From contig JALSLF010000644.1 of the NCBI GenBank assembly GCA_026988445.1, forward strand, positions 1 through 28,830: a DNA stretch of 28,830 nt. Reading direction: 5' to 3'. The stretch's first letter is position 1; each line of letters begins with the position of its first letter. The notes under the pieces are model-generated. The model had not been told where the DNA came from. It was given only the letters and a program-made list of their open reading frames with translations, and did not search any database. Below are positions 1 through 9,031 of this stretch, piece by piece. Source of the DNA: Bacteroidales bacterium. GTDB taxonomy: Bacteria; Bacteroidota; Bacteroidia; Bacteroidales; NBLH01. The position numbers were made by a program, and so were the translations under genes.

Positions 1-807
1 GGGAAAACTACATTGATACGAATTATAAATCATATTACCTTGCCTGACAGTGGCGAAGTTTTATTTAACGGCGAGCCATTAGATGCCACGCATGTCCGGC
101 AAATCGGCTACTTGCCGGAAGAACGCGGCTTGTACAAAAAAATGAAAACCGGTGAACAAGCTTTATATTTTGCACAACTTAAAGGAATGAAGCGTTCCGA
201 AGCAATGGAAAAACTCAAATACTGGTTTCGCAGGTTTGAAATTGAAACGTGGTGGAATAAAAAGGTTGAAGAACTCTCAAAAGGAATGCAGCAAAAAGTG
301 CAGTTTATAGTTACTATTTTACATGAGCCTAAATTATTGATATTTGATGAACCTTTCAGTGGTTTTGACCCGATTAATGTAAACATCCTGAAAGAAGAAA
401 TATTAAATTTAAAAAAGAACGGTTCTACAATTATCTTTTCCACACATAATATGGCTTCGGTAGAGGAGCTTTGCGACAATATTGCCTTAATCAACAATTC
501 AAAAAAAGTGTTGGATGGTAATGTTCAGGATATTAAACAGCAGTTTAAAGAAAATGTTTATGACTTACATTTTAAAGGCAATTTTGATAAGTTCTCAGCT
601 TCTGTTTCTGCCGATTATAAAATTGAAAATATTCGTCAGGAAAACGGAAATACCATTTGCCGTGTTAAATTGTTGAACGGAACAACAACCAATAATTTAC
701 TTTCATCCATGTTACAATATGGTGAAATTGTTGGTATGAACGAGGTAATTCCTTCAGTTAATGATATTTTTATTCGTGTAGTTGAGCACGAAAATAACCT
801 AAATTGA
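1..807 (+). CDS. ABC transporter ATP-binding subunit (ABC-2/NatA-YhaQ-like, DUF4162-type C-terminus); 5'-truncated by the window edge
   Basis: Frame is open from base 1 (GKTTLIRII = end of Walker A). It has the LSKGMQQ signature, Walker B LLIFDEPFSG and the H-loop STH. The stop codon TGA (805-807) lies inside a MITE terminal repeat. Confidence 0.93.
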   Translation, partial: GKTTLIRIINHITLPDSGEVLFNGEPLDATHVRQIGYLPEERGLYKKMKTGEQALYFAQLKGMKRSEAMEKLKYWFRRFEIETWWNKKVEELSKGMQQKVQFIVTILHEPKLLIFDEPFSGFDPINVNILKEEILNLKKNGSTIIFSTHNMASVEELCDNIALINNSKKVLDGNVQDIKQQFKENVYDLHFKGNFDKFSASVSADYKIENIRQENGNTICRVKLLNGTTTNNLLSSMLQYGEIVGMNEVIPSVNDIFIRVVEHENNLN

Positions 808-958
808 GCGATTATGAACAAAGAAAATTATGAATGCTTTGGTACTAAAAGGTTTTTACAAATTTTGAGCACACCTGGTTGGTCTGTGAAAAATTTTGAA
901 AACTCTTTGAGTGCCAAATGATTTGTGATTTTCAAAGTTTATAATCACTCAATTTAGG
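798..958. mobile_element. MITE copy 1 (161 bp, non-autonomous, IS1380-like termini)
   Basis: Terminal inverted repeats CCTAAATTGAGCGATTAT / ATAATCACTCAATTTAGG (17/18 match). Flanked by the direct repeat AATAA (793-797, 959-963). Same length as the copy at 17366-17526, in the opposite orientation. Confidence 0.88.
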
Positions 959-1000
959 AATAAAATAGAATAAAATTTAAACCACAATAGATTTTCTAAA

Positions 1001-2311
1001 ATGAACAAAATTCGCTTAATCATACAAAGAGAATATTTAAGCAGAGTAAAAAATAAAACATTTATAATACTTACTCTTTTGGCACCGCTTTTAATGGTGG
1101 GCTTTATTGCGGTAGTCGTTTATTTATCTACGCTTGAAAGCGATAAAACTAAAAATATTTTAGTAAACGACCACAGTAATTTTATTAAAGAAAGCCTTAA
1201 AGACAATAAAACAGTAAAATTTACTTTTTTAGAAAACTTAGATGATGAAGCGGCAAAAAAAATGATTACCAAAGGTAATTATTATGCTTTATTAATAATT
1301 CCCGATAGTATTCAAAACAAGCGCTTAGAACTAATATCTGAAAATCAAGTAAGTATTTCAACAAAGATATACATTAGTAATCTGATTGAAAAAAAACTTA
1401 GAAGTGATAAGCTTAAAAGCATGGGGATTGACCCAAGTCTAATTGATGAGGTTAATCCTGAAGTAAGCATCAGGACAATTAAAATTAATAAAGAAGGAAA
1501 AGAAGAAATTAGTTCGGCAGAAGCTGCCTTAGGGATTGGTTATGTTTCTTCCTTCTTAATCTATATGTTTATTTTTATTTATGGTGCTATGGTAATGCGT
1601 GGTGTAATAGAAGAAAAAACCAGTCGGGTAGTAGAAATTATTATTTCATCAGTCAAGCCTTTTCAATTGATGATGGGAAAGATTATTGGAGTAGCTTTGG
1701 TTGCTTTTACTCAATTGGCAATTTGGATTATATTTGGTACGCTTATAATGTTTGCTGCTCAATCTTTTATGGGCGATACGGTTACAGTTCAGGAACAAAT
1801 GGTACAAGCACAAAGTATGAATCCTGAAATGCAGGCAGCTATGAATAGTAATGCTTTTAATGATATTATAACACCCATTTTGAATTTACCCATTGCATTA
1901 ATATTGTTCTCTTTTGTGTTTTATTTTGTTGGTGGATATCTATTATATTCATCACTGTTTGCAGCTATTGGTGGAGCTGTGGATAATGAAACCGATACAC
2001 AACAATTTATGTTACCAATTACAATTCCCTTAATATTGTCTTTAATTGTTGCACAAACAGTAATGCAAAATCCGGAAGGTCCCGCAGCATTTTGGTTCTC
2101 AGTGGTACCTCTTACCTCACCGGTGGTAATGATGATGCGTGTAGCGTATGGAGTACCTGCTTGGGAATTGGCTTTGTCTATGATTTTGTTGATTTTAACA
2201 TTTTTGGCAACTACATGGCTTGCCGCTAAAATTTACCGTATCGGAATATTAAATTATGGTAAAAAGGTTTCCTATAAAGATTTATGGACGTGGATAAGAT
2301 TTAATGGTTAA
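1001..2311 (+). CDS. ABC-2 type transporter permease (NatB/YhaP-like)
   Basis: N-terminal TM helix, large extracytoplasmic loop, EEKTSRVVEIIISSV motif, several C-terminal TM helices; follows the ATPase gene. Confidence 0.9.
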   Translation: MNKIRLIIQREYLSRVKNKTFIILTLLAPLLMVGFIAVVVYLSTLESDKTKNILVNDHSNFIKESLKDNKTVKFTFLENLDDEAAKKMITKGNYYALLIIPDSIQNKRLELISENQVSISTKIYISNLIEKKLRSDKLKSMGIDPSLIDEVNPEVSIRTIKINKEGKEEISSAEAALGIGYVSSFLIYMFIFIYGAMVMRGVIEEKTSRVVEIIISSVKPFQLMMGKIIGVALVAFTQLAIWIIFGTLIMFAAQSFMGDTVTVQEQMVQAQSMNPEMQAAMNSNAFNDIITPILNLPIALILFSFVFYFVGGYLLYSSLFAAIGGAVDNETDTQQFMLPITIPLILSLIVAQTVMQNPEGPAAFWFSVVPLTSPVVMMMRVAYGVPAWELALSMILLILTFLATTWLAAKIYRIGILNYGKKVSYKDLWTWIRFNG

Positions 2312-2367
2312 ATCAATTTGTTTTAAGATTATCAATTACAATAGTTCGGTGTTTTTTTGTAACTGTT

Positions 2368-2487
2368 TGATAATGAATTATTATTAATAGCCCCGACTTT
2401 TAAGTCGGGGAAGGTGGGTAAATGGCATATTAACAAGGCTTTAGCCCAAATGGTTTTTTAAAATAAAAAATTTAACGAACTATTACA
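2368..2487. repeat. REP-like two-palindrome intergenic repeat, copy 1
   Basis: TATTATTAATAG-CCCCGACTTTTAAGTCGGGG-AA (2379-2412; hairpin 2391-2410) followed by GGCTTTAGCCCAA (2437-2449) and AAAAAATTTAAC. The same arrangement recurs at about 28094-28210. Confidence 0.8.
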
Positions 2488-2997
2488 ATGACAAAATTAA
2501 CTTTTATAACCGGAGGAGCACGTTCAGGGAAAAGCTCTTTTGCTCAAAAATCGGCTTTAAATGTATCTGAAAATCCTGTTTATATTGCTACAGCAAGAGT
2601 TTGGGATGATGATTTTAATTTAAGAATACAAAAGCATAAACAAGATAGAGGTGCTGAATGGCAAACTATTGAGGAACCCAAATATCTTGATAAATTAAAC
2701 CTGAATGGAGAAACATTGGTGCTGGATTGTATTACTTTATGGCTGACGAATATTTTTCATGATAATGAATATGATTTTGATAAATCACTTATCGAAGCAA
2801 AAAATATATGGAGTAATTTTAGTAAAAAAAATATAAAAGTATTTGCGGTAAGCAATGAATTAGGAATGGGAGTACATGCCGAAAATGAAGTTGCAAGAAA
2901 ATTTGTTGATTTACAAGGATTTGTTAATCAGTATATTGCATCTGTGTCTGATGAAGTGTATTTAATGGTATCCGGTATTCCTGTAAAAATAAAATAA
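2488..2997 (+). CDS. cobU: Bifunctional adenosylcobinamide kinase / adenosylcobinamide-phosphate guanylyltransferase
   Basis: GGARSGKS P-loop, YIATA, RIQKHKQDRG..W.TIEEP, LDCITLWLTN, VSNELGMGV and LMVSGIP motifs. Confidence 0.95.
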   Translation: MTKLTFITGGARSGKSSFAQKSALNVSENPVYIATARVWDDDFNLRIQKHKQDRGAEWQTIEEPKYLDKLNLNGETLVLDCITLWLTNIFHDNEYDFDKSLIEAKNIWSNFSKKNIKVFAVSNELGMGVHAENEVARKFVDLQGFVNQYIASVSDEVYLMVSGIPVKIK

Positions 2998-3336
2998 ATG
3001 GAATTTTTTGAACATAATTTTCCTTTGCAACAGGCGGTTGAAAAAGGAAATCCAAAAAAGTGGGTCTTAGAAAGATCTTTAAGGTTAAGAAATAAAAAGC
3101 AAATCAAGGCTTTTTCACTAAATGACTATTTGGAAAACCCAAAAGAATATATCTTTTTCAAACAAATAGCATCGGAGTTTATTTGTGCTAACCCTGACTG
3201 TAAAAGCACCAAAGTACAATGTGTTTGGTATCATTATAATAGTATAGATGAGGGTGTTGATGAAACTTTTGGTGAATTTTATTGTAATGATTGTAAAAAA
3301 TATACTTTTGTGGAATATCATAGGGATCAATTTTAG
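2998..3336 (+). CDS. Hypothetical 112-aa protein with a probable Zn-ribbon
   Basis: CANPDC...CNDC cysteine pairs. ATG directly follows the cobU TAA, and its stop lies 2 nt before the next ATG. Confidence 0.65.
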   Translation: MEFFEHNFPLQQAVEKGNPKKWVLERSLRLRNKKQIKAFSLNDYLENPKEYIFFKQIASEFICANPDCKSTKVQCVWYHYNSIDEGVDETFGEFYCNDCKKYTFVEYHRDQF

Positions 3337-3338
3337 AA

Positions 3339-4703
3339 ATGTATGCAATAATCGATATTGAAACAACGGGATTAAGCCCCAAAAAAGAAAAAATCACCGA
3401 AATAGCTATTTATGTGTATGATGGAGAAAAAGTAGTTGATGAGTTTGTTAGTTTAATAAACCCTGAACGTCCGGTTCCGTATTACATAACTCGGCTCACA
3501 GGTATTACTAATGAAATGCTTACCAATGCACCTAAATTTTATGAAGTTGCCAAAAAAATTATTGAAATAACTGAAAACCGGATATTTATTGCTCATAATG
3601 TAAATTTTGACTATAATTTTATAAAAGAAGAGTTTGCTCAATTAGGCTACGAGTTTAAGCGAAATAAATTATGTACGGTAAAACTTAGTAAAAAAATTAT
3701 TCCCGGAAAAAAATCATACAGTTTAGGAAAACTTACCGCTGAACTGGGAATTTCTATAAACGGAAGACACCGGGCGGCAGGCGATGCTTATGCCACAGTA
3801 CAATTATTTGAATATTTACTTAAGACTGATGCGAAAAGTAAACCTTTGGTTGAGGAAATGACTTATCATTCAATAAAAGGCTTACACCCTGAATTTGATA
3901 AAAAAATAATTGATAATTTACCGGAAAAAACCGGTGTTTATTATTTTTATGATGAGCATCATGAACTGATTTATATAGGTAAAAGTATAAATATACACAA
4001 AAGGGTATTGCAACATTTGAATAACTCAAAAACCGGTAAAGCGGTAAAAATGCGTAGCCGTATTGTTGATGTTTCTTTTACGGAAACCGGAAGTGAACTA
4101 ATAGCTTTGCTATTAGAATCGGATGAAATTAAAAAGCACAAGCCCGTTTTTAATCGTGCACAACGAAGAAGTTTTTTTCAATATGGAATATATTCTTTTA
4201 AAGACGAACAAGGATATATTCGGTTTGAGATACGTAAAAATACCAGTGATGAACTGCCTCTAACTTCCTTTACTTCTTTACAATCAGCAAAAAATCATCT
4301 ATCTTCACTTAGTCAAGAATTTGAACTTTGCCAAAAGCTTTCCGGCTTATATGAGTCGCAAGGCGCATGTTTCCATTACGGAATAAAACAATGTTTGGGA
4401 GCTTGTATTGGTAAAGAATTGCCTAAAGCTTATAACGAGCGAGCAGAATTGCTCATTCGTAAATTTGAATACGAAAGTGATAATTTTTTAATCATTGATA
4501 AAGGTAGAAACCCGAATGAAAAATCAGTGGTTAAAATAGAAAACGGTAAATATTGCGGGTTTGGATTTTTTGAGCCTGAAATAACCGGTGATAACCTTCG
4601 GTTAATAGCAGAAAGTACAAAACCTTTTACCGATAATCGTGATGTACAGATTATTATAAAAGGCTTTGTTTCAACTAAGCAATTAAAATTATTGAATTTC
4701 TAA
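3339..4703 (+). CDS. DnaQ/Pol III epsilon-like 3'-5' exonuclease fused to a GIY-YIG (UvrC/Cho-like) endonuclease domain
   Basis: DEDDh motifs IIDIETTG, AHNVNFD and HRAAGDA. GIY-YIG motif GVYYF...LIYIGKS...RVLQH, then LLESDEIKKHKPVFN and a C-terminal Cys cluster. Confidence 0.9.
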   Translation: MYAIIDIETTGLSPKKEKITEIAIYVYDGEKVVDEFVSLINPERPVPYYITRLTGITNEMLTNAPKFYEVAKKIIEITENRIFIAHNVNFDYNFIKEEFAQLGYEFKRNKLCTVKLSKKIIPGKKSYSLGKLTAELGISINGRHRAAGDAYATVQLFEYLLKTDAKSKPLVEEMTYHSIKGLHPEFDKKIIDNLPEKTGVYYFYDEHHELIYIGKSINIHKRVLQHLNNSKTGKAVKMRSRIVDVSFTETGSELIALLLESDEIKKHKPVFNRAQRRSFFQYGIYSFKDEQGYIRFEIRKNTSDELPLTSFTSLQSAKNHLSSLSQEFELCQKLSGLYESQGACFHYGIKQCLGACIGKELPKAYNERAELLIRKFEYESDNFLIIDKGRNPNEKSVVKIENGKYCGFGFFEPEITGDNLRLIAESTKPFTDNRDVQIIIKGFVSTKQLKLLNF

Positions 4704-7111
4704 TGTTTTTTTAATAGCTTTTTAAAAGTAAGCCATTTTTTTGCAAAGAATGATTTATCCATACTTCCTTTATCATAATAAGATGATTGAAGCAATTCTT
4801 CTTCATCATTTATTACAATAGAAAAGTTCTGAATTTCTTTTTGCTCTATATCGTCCATGAGTGCAGAAAACAGTTTTTTGTTTGTATGATTCATTCTTAC
4901 TGTAAAAATGTTAATATCCGAATAATTTATTAGTAAATACGGGTCGGTAACAACACCAATGGGTGGTGAGTCGATGATAATATAATCATAAATAGCTTCT
5001 AATATCTCCATTAAACTTTTTGTGTTTTCCGATGCCATAAGTTCAACCGGATTAGGCGGTAAAGCTCCCGAAGTAATAACATCAAGATTTTTTACCCCCG
5101 AATTTTGAATAATTTCATCTAATGAAGCATCATTGGTTAGATAAGATGATAAGCCTTGCGAATTGTTTAAACCAAAATACTCTGCTACTTTTGGATTTCT
5201 CAAATCAAATTCAATTAATAAAGTTTTTTTACCAAAATAGGAGTAGGCAATTGCCAAATTTATTGAAATAAAGGTTTTCCCCTCACCACTGTATGTTGAA
5301 GTTACCAAGAATTTATGTTTTTCATTATCTTTACGGAAAAACTGCAAACTTGTTCTGAGTGAACGGAAGGTTTCCGCAATCAAAGATTTTGGATAATCGG
5401 CTACCGGAGTCATACTTTTACTGTCATTTTTAGCTATACTGGCAAGAATTGGCAGGTTTGTCGCTTTTTCAATATCACGCCTTTCGGTAATGTTTTCATT
5501 CATAGAAGATAATAGTAGTATAAACCCTACAGGAAGCATTAATCCCAAAAAGAAAGAACTAAAATAAATCATTTGTTTTTTTGGCGCAACTTGGCGTGCA
5601 CTACTTAATTTTGCGGGGTCAATTACTTCATAATCAGGTGAGTTTGAAGCTCTGGCAATTTCTGCTTCTGAGCGTTTTTGTAGTAAAAACGTATAAATAG
5701 CATCATTCAAATCAAATTTTCTGCGAATATTAATTAATTCTTTTTCGGTGGTGGGCAGTTTTGAAATTTGCTTATTTAATTGGGCAATTCGATTGTCAAT
5801 ATCATTAATGGTTATATCCGAAGTGGTAACAATATAGTTAATATTTTCAAGAATTGTACGCTTTATGTTTGTGATTTTTGCATTCAAATCAGGTATTTCC
5901 GGGTTTTTCAAACTTTTATTATCAAGATATAGTGAACGGCGGGCATTCAGTTCGGTTAGTTGTGTGATTAGGCTAACTAACTGAGGATCATCAACGCCCA
6001 TTGATGAAGGTGCTAACAAATCACTTAAATCTTTATTGTTTTCAAAGTATTCTTTAATATAATCATAGTATTTTGATTTTAGAATAAGTTCTGATTTTTG
6101 AATTTGTAATTGAGTAAGCTGGGTATATACATTTTGTGAAAGATAGTCTATATCCATTACTTTATGTTCCCTTCGGAAGGATTCTAAATTACCAGCCGTA
6201 ACAACTAATGAATCAGCAACTTCTGATATTTGATTTTCGATAAATTCTATTGTTTTAGTAGCTATTTTATTTTTTTTCTCTAAATTTTGCTCTAAATATA
6301 CTTTTGCCAAAGTATTTAAAAAATCAGTAGTTAAAATAGAATTAGGCGTTTTAATTTCTAGGGTAATTAGCGATGATTGATTTGATGCTCTTTCAATAGT
6401 AAGAGCACCTTGATATTGATAAGTTAATTGTTCAATATTATTGAATTTAAAAAATAAATCTTTTCCAAGAAGACTTTCAGGATTAAAATTACCATTCAGT
6501 AAAACTTTGAACTTTGAATTTTGAACTTTTACTTCATCACCAAAAGAGTATTCTTGTGAAAAACTTACATTATTAATAGTGCCTTCGTTTTTATTTTTAG
6601 CAAGATTATATAAATAAATTTCGTCTTTGCTTTTAGCACTTATACGGAACTTATTATTCGATAAAACTTGTATTTTAAATAATAAGTCAACAGGAACTGC
6701 TATTGTTGGTTCTGCAATTACTACAAAAGGATTATTTTTATAAATGTCTTTGATAATTAAACCTTCGCCAATATAATAAGAAACGGATAAATCCAATTGG
6801 CGAATTGTTTTATTAATTATCGGGAAAGACCTGATTATACCCAGTTCATCTTCCAATGAGCTTTGAATATCAAACATTTCAAATTGCATTAAATCACCGG
6901 CTCCTTGAAAATTATTCGCATTTTCATTTGCCATCAACATAATTAAGTTATTTCGAAATATTGGTGGAGTTGATTTGTAAATAAAATGCCCGATAGCCAA
7001 AGCAATGCTTAAGCTTATAATGATTAAGTACCAGTTTTTTATGAATTTTTTAACCAGTTTTTTATAAAATTCAACGTTTGATTCCTGTTCAAAAGATTTA
7101 GGATTTTTCAC
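4700..7111 (-). CDS. wzc: Polysaccharide co-polymerase / BY-kinase (Wzc/GumC family)
   Basis: Two TM segments around a coiled-coil periplasmic region. AETFRSLRT, Walker A STYSGEGKT, EFDLRNP, Walker B IIIDSPP. GTG start; its stop overlaps the convergent gene's stop. Confidence 0.92.
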   Translation of the reverse strand: MKNPKSFEQESNVEFYKKLVKKFIKNWYLIIISLSIALAIGHFIYKSTPPIFRNNLIMLMANENANNFQGAGDLMQFEMFDIQSSLEDELGIIRSFPIINKTIRQLDLSVSYYIGEGLIIKDIYKNNPFVVIAEPTIAVPVDLLFKIQVLSNNKFRISAKSKDEIYLYNLAKNKNEGTINNVSFSQEYSFGDEVKVQNSKFKVLLNGNFNPESLLGKDLFFKFNNIEQLTYQYQGALTIERASNQSSLITLEIKTPNSILTTDFLNTLAKVYLEQNLEKKNKIATKTIEFIENQISEVADSLVVTAGNLESFRREHKVMDIDYLSQNVYTQLTQLQIQKSELILKSKYYDYIKEYFENNKDLSDLLAPSSMGVDDPQLVSLITQLTELNARRSLYLDNKSLKNPEIPDLNAKITNIKRTILENINYIVTTSDITINDIDNRIAQLNKQISKLPTTEKELINIRRKFDLNDAIYTFLLQKRSEAEIARASNSPDYEVIDPAKLSSARQVAPKKQMIYFSSFFLGLMLPVGFILLLSSMNENITERRDIEKATNLPILASIAKNDSKSMTPVADYPKSLIAETFRSLRTSLQFFRKDNEKHKFLVTSTYSGEGKTFISINLAIAYSYFGKKTLLIEFDLRNPKVAEYFGLNNSQGLSSYLTNDASLDEIIQNSGVKNLDVITSGALPPNPVELMASENTKSLMEILEAIYDYIIIDSPPIGVVTDPYLLINYSDINIFTVRMNHTNKKLFSALMDDIEQKEIQNFSIVINDEEELLQSSYYDKGSMDKSFFAKKWLTFKKLLKKH

Positions 7112-7150
7112 TTTTTCAGAATTTTTATGATTTAAATTAGCCTTCTTTTT

Positions 7151-7942
7151 TTAAAAAGCACGAATAAATGACAGAACAACAATAAGTGTTGTTAAACCCG
7201 TTAGCAATAACGTATATGGAAACTGTGCAAAACCGTAACTTTTTTGACCCAAAGGTTGAACCACAACAACATCATTCGGTTTTAAATAATAGAAATCGGA
7301 TAGCGCAACCTTTTTATCTGTTAAGTCTATGGTATGGTAACTCACTTTTTTATCATCTTCTCTAATAATAATGACTTCTTCTCTATTTCCAAAATCAGTA
7401 ATTCCACCGGCTAAAGCTAAAGCTTTAAAAATGGAAATATCATCCGAATAAATTACGTATTCACCTTGTCGCATTACTTCACCAATAACCGTAACACTTT
7501 TTCCGACAAATTTTACAACTACTGCAGCATTGCTAATATATTGTCTAAGAGCTTCTTGTATAACGTCTTTTGCTTGTAATATGGTCAAATCTTTTACATA
7601 AATCAGCCCAACAAATGGAAAATCTACATAACCGGAATCATTTACGGTATAGCTGATCATATGATAATTAACATTCTGGGTAACAGCATTTGAAGACTCA
7701 CTATTAAACATCTGTGAGGTTTCTTGGTCCGGACTTATTACTTTAATATATAAATTATCAAAAGGTTGTACTGTGTTTTTGGGGCGCTGTTTAAGAATGA
7801 ATGTGTTAATCGTATCTTTTTTATTTTTGTTTTGTACGTACCTGATTTTCTTCTGCGGAACGCAAGAGCTTAACAACAGAGCCGTACTCACGAAAATAAT
7901 GAATATAATCGTTTTCAGATTTTTCTGAGCGTGTGTGTTCAT
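7151..7942 (-). CDS. wza: Polysaccharide export outer-membrane lipoprotein (Wza family)
   Basis: Lipobox LSSC, poly_export motif DSGYVDFPFVGLIYV, SLBB motifs VTVIGEV..QG and ALALAGG, YYLKPNDVVVV; directly upstream of wzc. Confidence 0.92.
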   Translation of the reverse strand: MNTHAQKNLKTIIFIIFVSTALLLSSCVPQKKIRYVQNKNKKDTINTFILKQRPKNTVQPFDNLYIKVISPDQETSQMFNSESSNAVTQNVNYHMISYTVNDSGYVDFPFVGLIYVKDLTILQAKDVIQEALRQYISNAAVVVKFVGKSVTVIGEVMRQGEYVIYSDDISIFKALALAGGITDFGNREEVIIIREDDKKVSYHTIDLTDKKVALSDFYYLKPNDVVVVQPLGQKSYGFAQFPYTLLLTGLTTLIVVLSFIRAF

Positions 7943-7981
7943 TGGTTAGTTTTTTGTTTTTAGTGTTTCGATTTAATTACT

Positions 7982-7989
7982 CAAATCTA
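7982..7989 (-). promoter_or_regulatory. Bacteroidota sigma-A -7 box for wza-wzc
   Basis: Minus strand reads TAGATTTG (TAnnTTTG consensus), about 40 nt upstream of the wza start. Confidence 0.55.
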
Positions 7990-8034
7990 CTAAAAAAATA
8001 ATTAACAAAAAATCGCAACCCTCTGAAAACGCCA

Positions 8035-9030
8035 TTATTTCCTGCTTTTTTTTATTAGTTCATAGCTCATTTTTTTAGGGTGGTCAATGGTCTTATAAAA
8101 TTGGTCAAAATATTTAATTGTTTCATCAATATAACGCTTTTTTAATCCGGGAACGGAATAAACTGCTTGATATATTTTTTTCTTATTTTGCCGGAATTTA
8201 TCTAAAATAGGCTGTAATACCTCTATTGGCTGATAATATCCGTTATATACTCTTGTTCTAACCGATTCTATATTTAAATGTTCTGCGGCTAAAGCATATG
8301 ATGCATTTACAAGCCCACATTGGTCAAAATCATAAGGTACGGCAATTGGTTTTTTGCTGTTTTCAAACGAAATTAGTTTAATATTGTGCAATGCCTTAAC
8401 CGACCAATCTGTATTTCCTATCATATATTGAAAAACAGATAACAAAGTAATCATTTCCGTATTTGTAAAATTCGGGTGGATATTTTTTACTTCTAAAGGA
8501 TAAGCCGATACTCTTTTGCATAAATTTTTATACGGCTCAATAAAAAAAGCAAAACATTCTATTGGTGCATACTTGTTGTCTAAATCAATTATTTTCAGCT
8601 TAATTAAGCGCACTTTAAAACTATAATCGGTAAGTATGTTGTAGATTTTATATGCAAGGTATTCTTTAAGGATATACTGCTTGTAAACGGGTTTATTATA
8701 ACAAGGAAGAACAAGTTTTAATTTCTTGTATTCGGAGAAAATACTTCCAATCATTTGTTTTTTATCAAATTTTAACCAAAGTGGCGGTAAAAAACAGTTT
8801 TCTTTTTTGCGGCGGTAAATTCCCCGGGTTTTAAGTTTAACAGTGTAAACAGTGTTGTTAAAATTAAAGAGTGCATCATGATATTTATTTTCTTCGCCAC
8901 GGTCATTTAAAATTTCCTCTAAATCACAACTTATTTGAAGCTGAATTGTACTGTCTGAATTGAATAATTCTTGTGAAAAGATATTAAAATGAACCGTAGT
9001 AATCCATACTATCAAAAGGGTATATCGCAT
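8035..9030 (-). CDS. Exported hypothetical protein with CotH-like (atypical kinase) motifs
   Basis: Start better placed at ATG 9030 (MRYTLLIV..., signal peptide ending IFS-Q), 1 nt after the upstream stop. Motifs KTRG..R, LKEYLAYKIY, FQYMIGNTDW...HNIKL and VPYDFD resemble the catalytic and metal-binding loops of CotH/PI3K-like kinases. Confidence 0.6.
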   Translation of the reverse strand: MRYTLLIVWITTVHFNIFSQELFNSDSTIQLQISCDLEEILNDRGEENKYHDALFNFNNTVYTVKLKTRGIYRRKKENCFLPPLWLKFDKKQMIGSIFSEYKKLKLVLPCYNKPVYKQYILKEYLAYKIYNILTDYSFKVRLIKLKIIDLDNKYAPIECFAFFIEPYKNLCKRVSAYPLEVKNIHPNFTNTEMITLLSVFQYMIGNTDWSVKALHNIKLISFENSKKPIAVPYDFDQCGLVNASYALAAEHLNIESVRTRVYNGYYQPIEVLQPILDKFRQNKKKIYQAVYSVPGLKKRYIDETIKYFDQFYKTIDHPKKMSYELIKKSRK

Positions 9031-9031
9031 A

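Noticed and set aside
2312-2487. Cobalamin riboswitch upstream of cobU
   Set aside because: No B12-box or GCCACTG/GGGAAG core could be found; the structured sequence here is the REP-like repeat also present at 28105.
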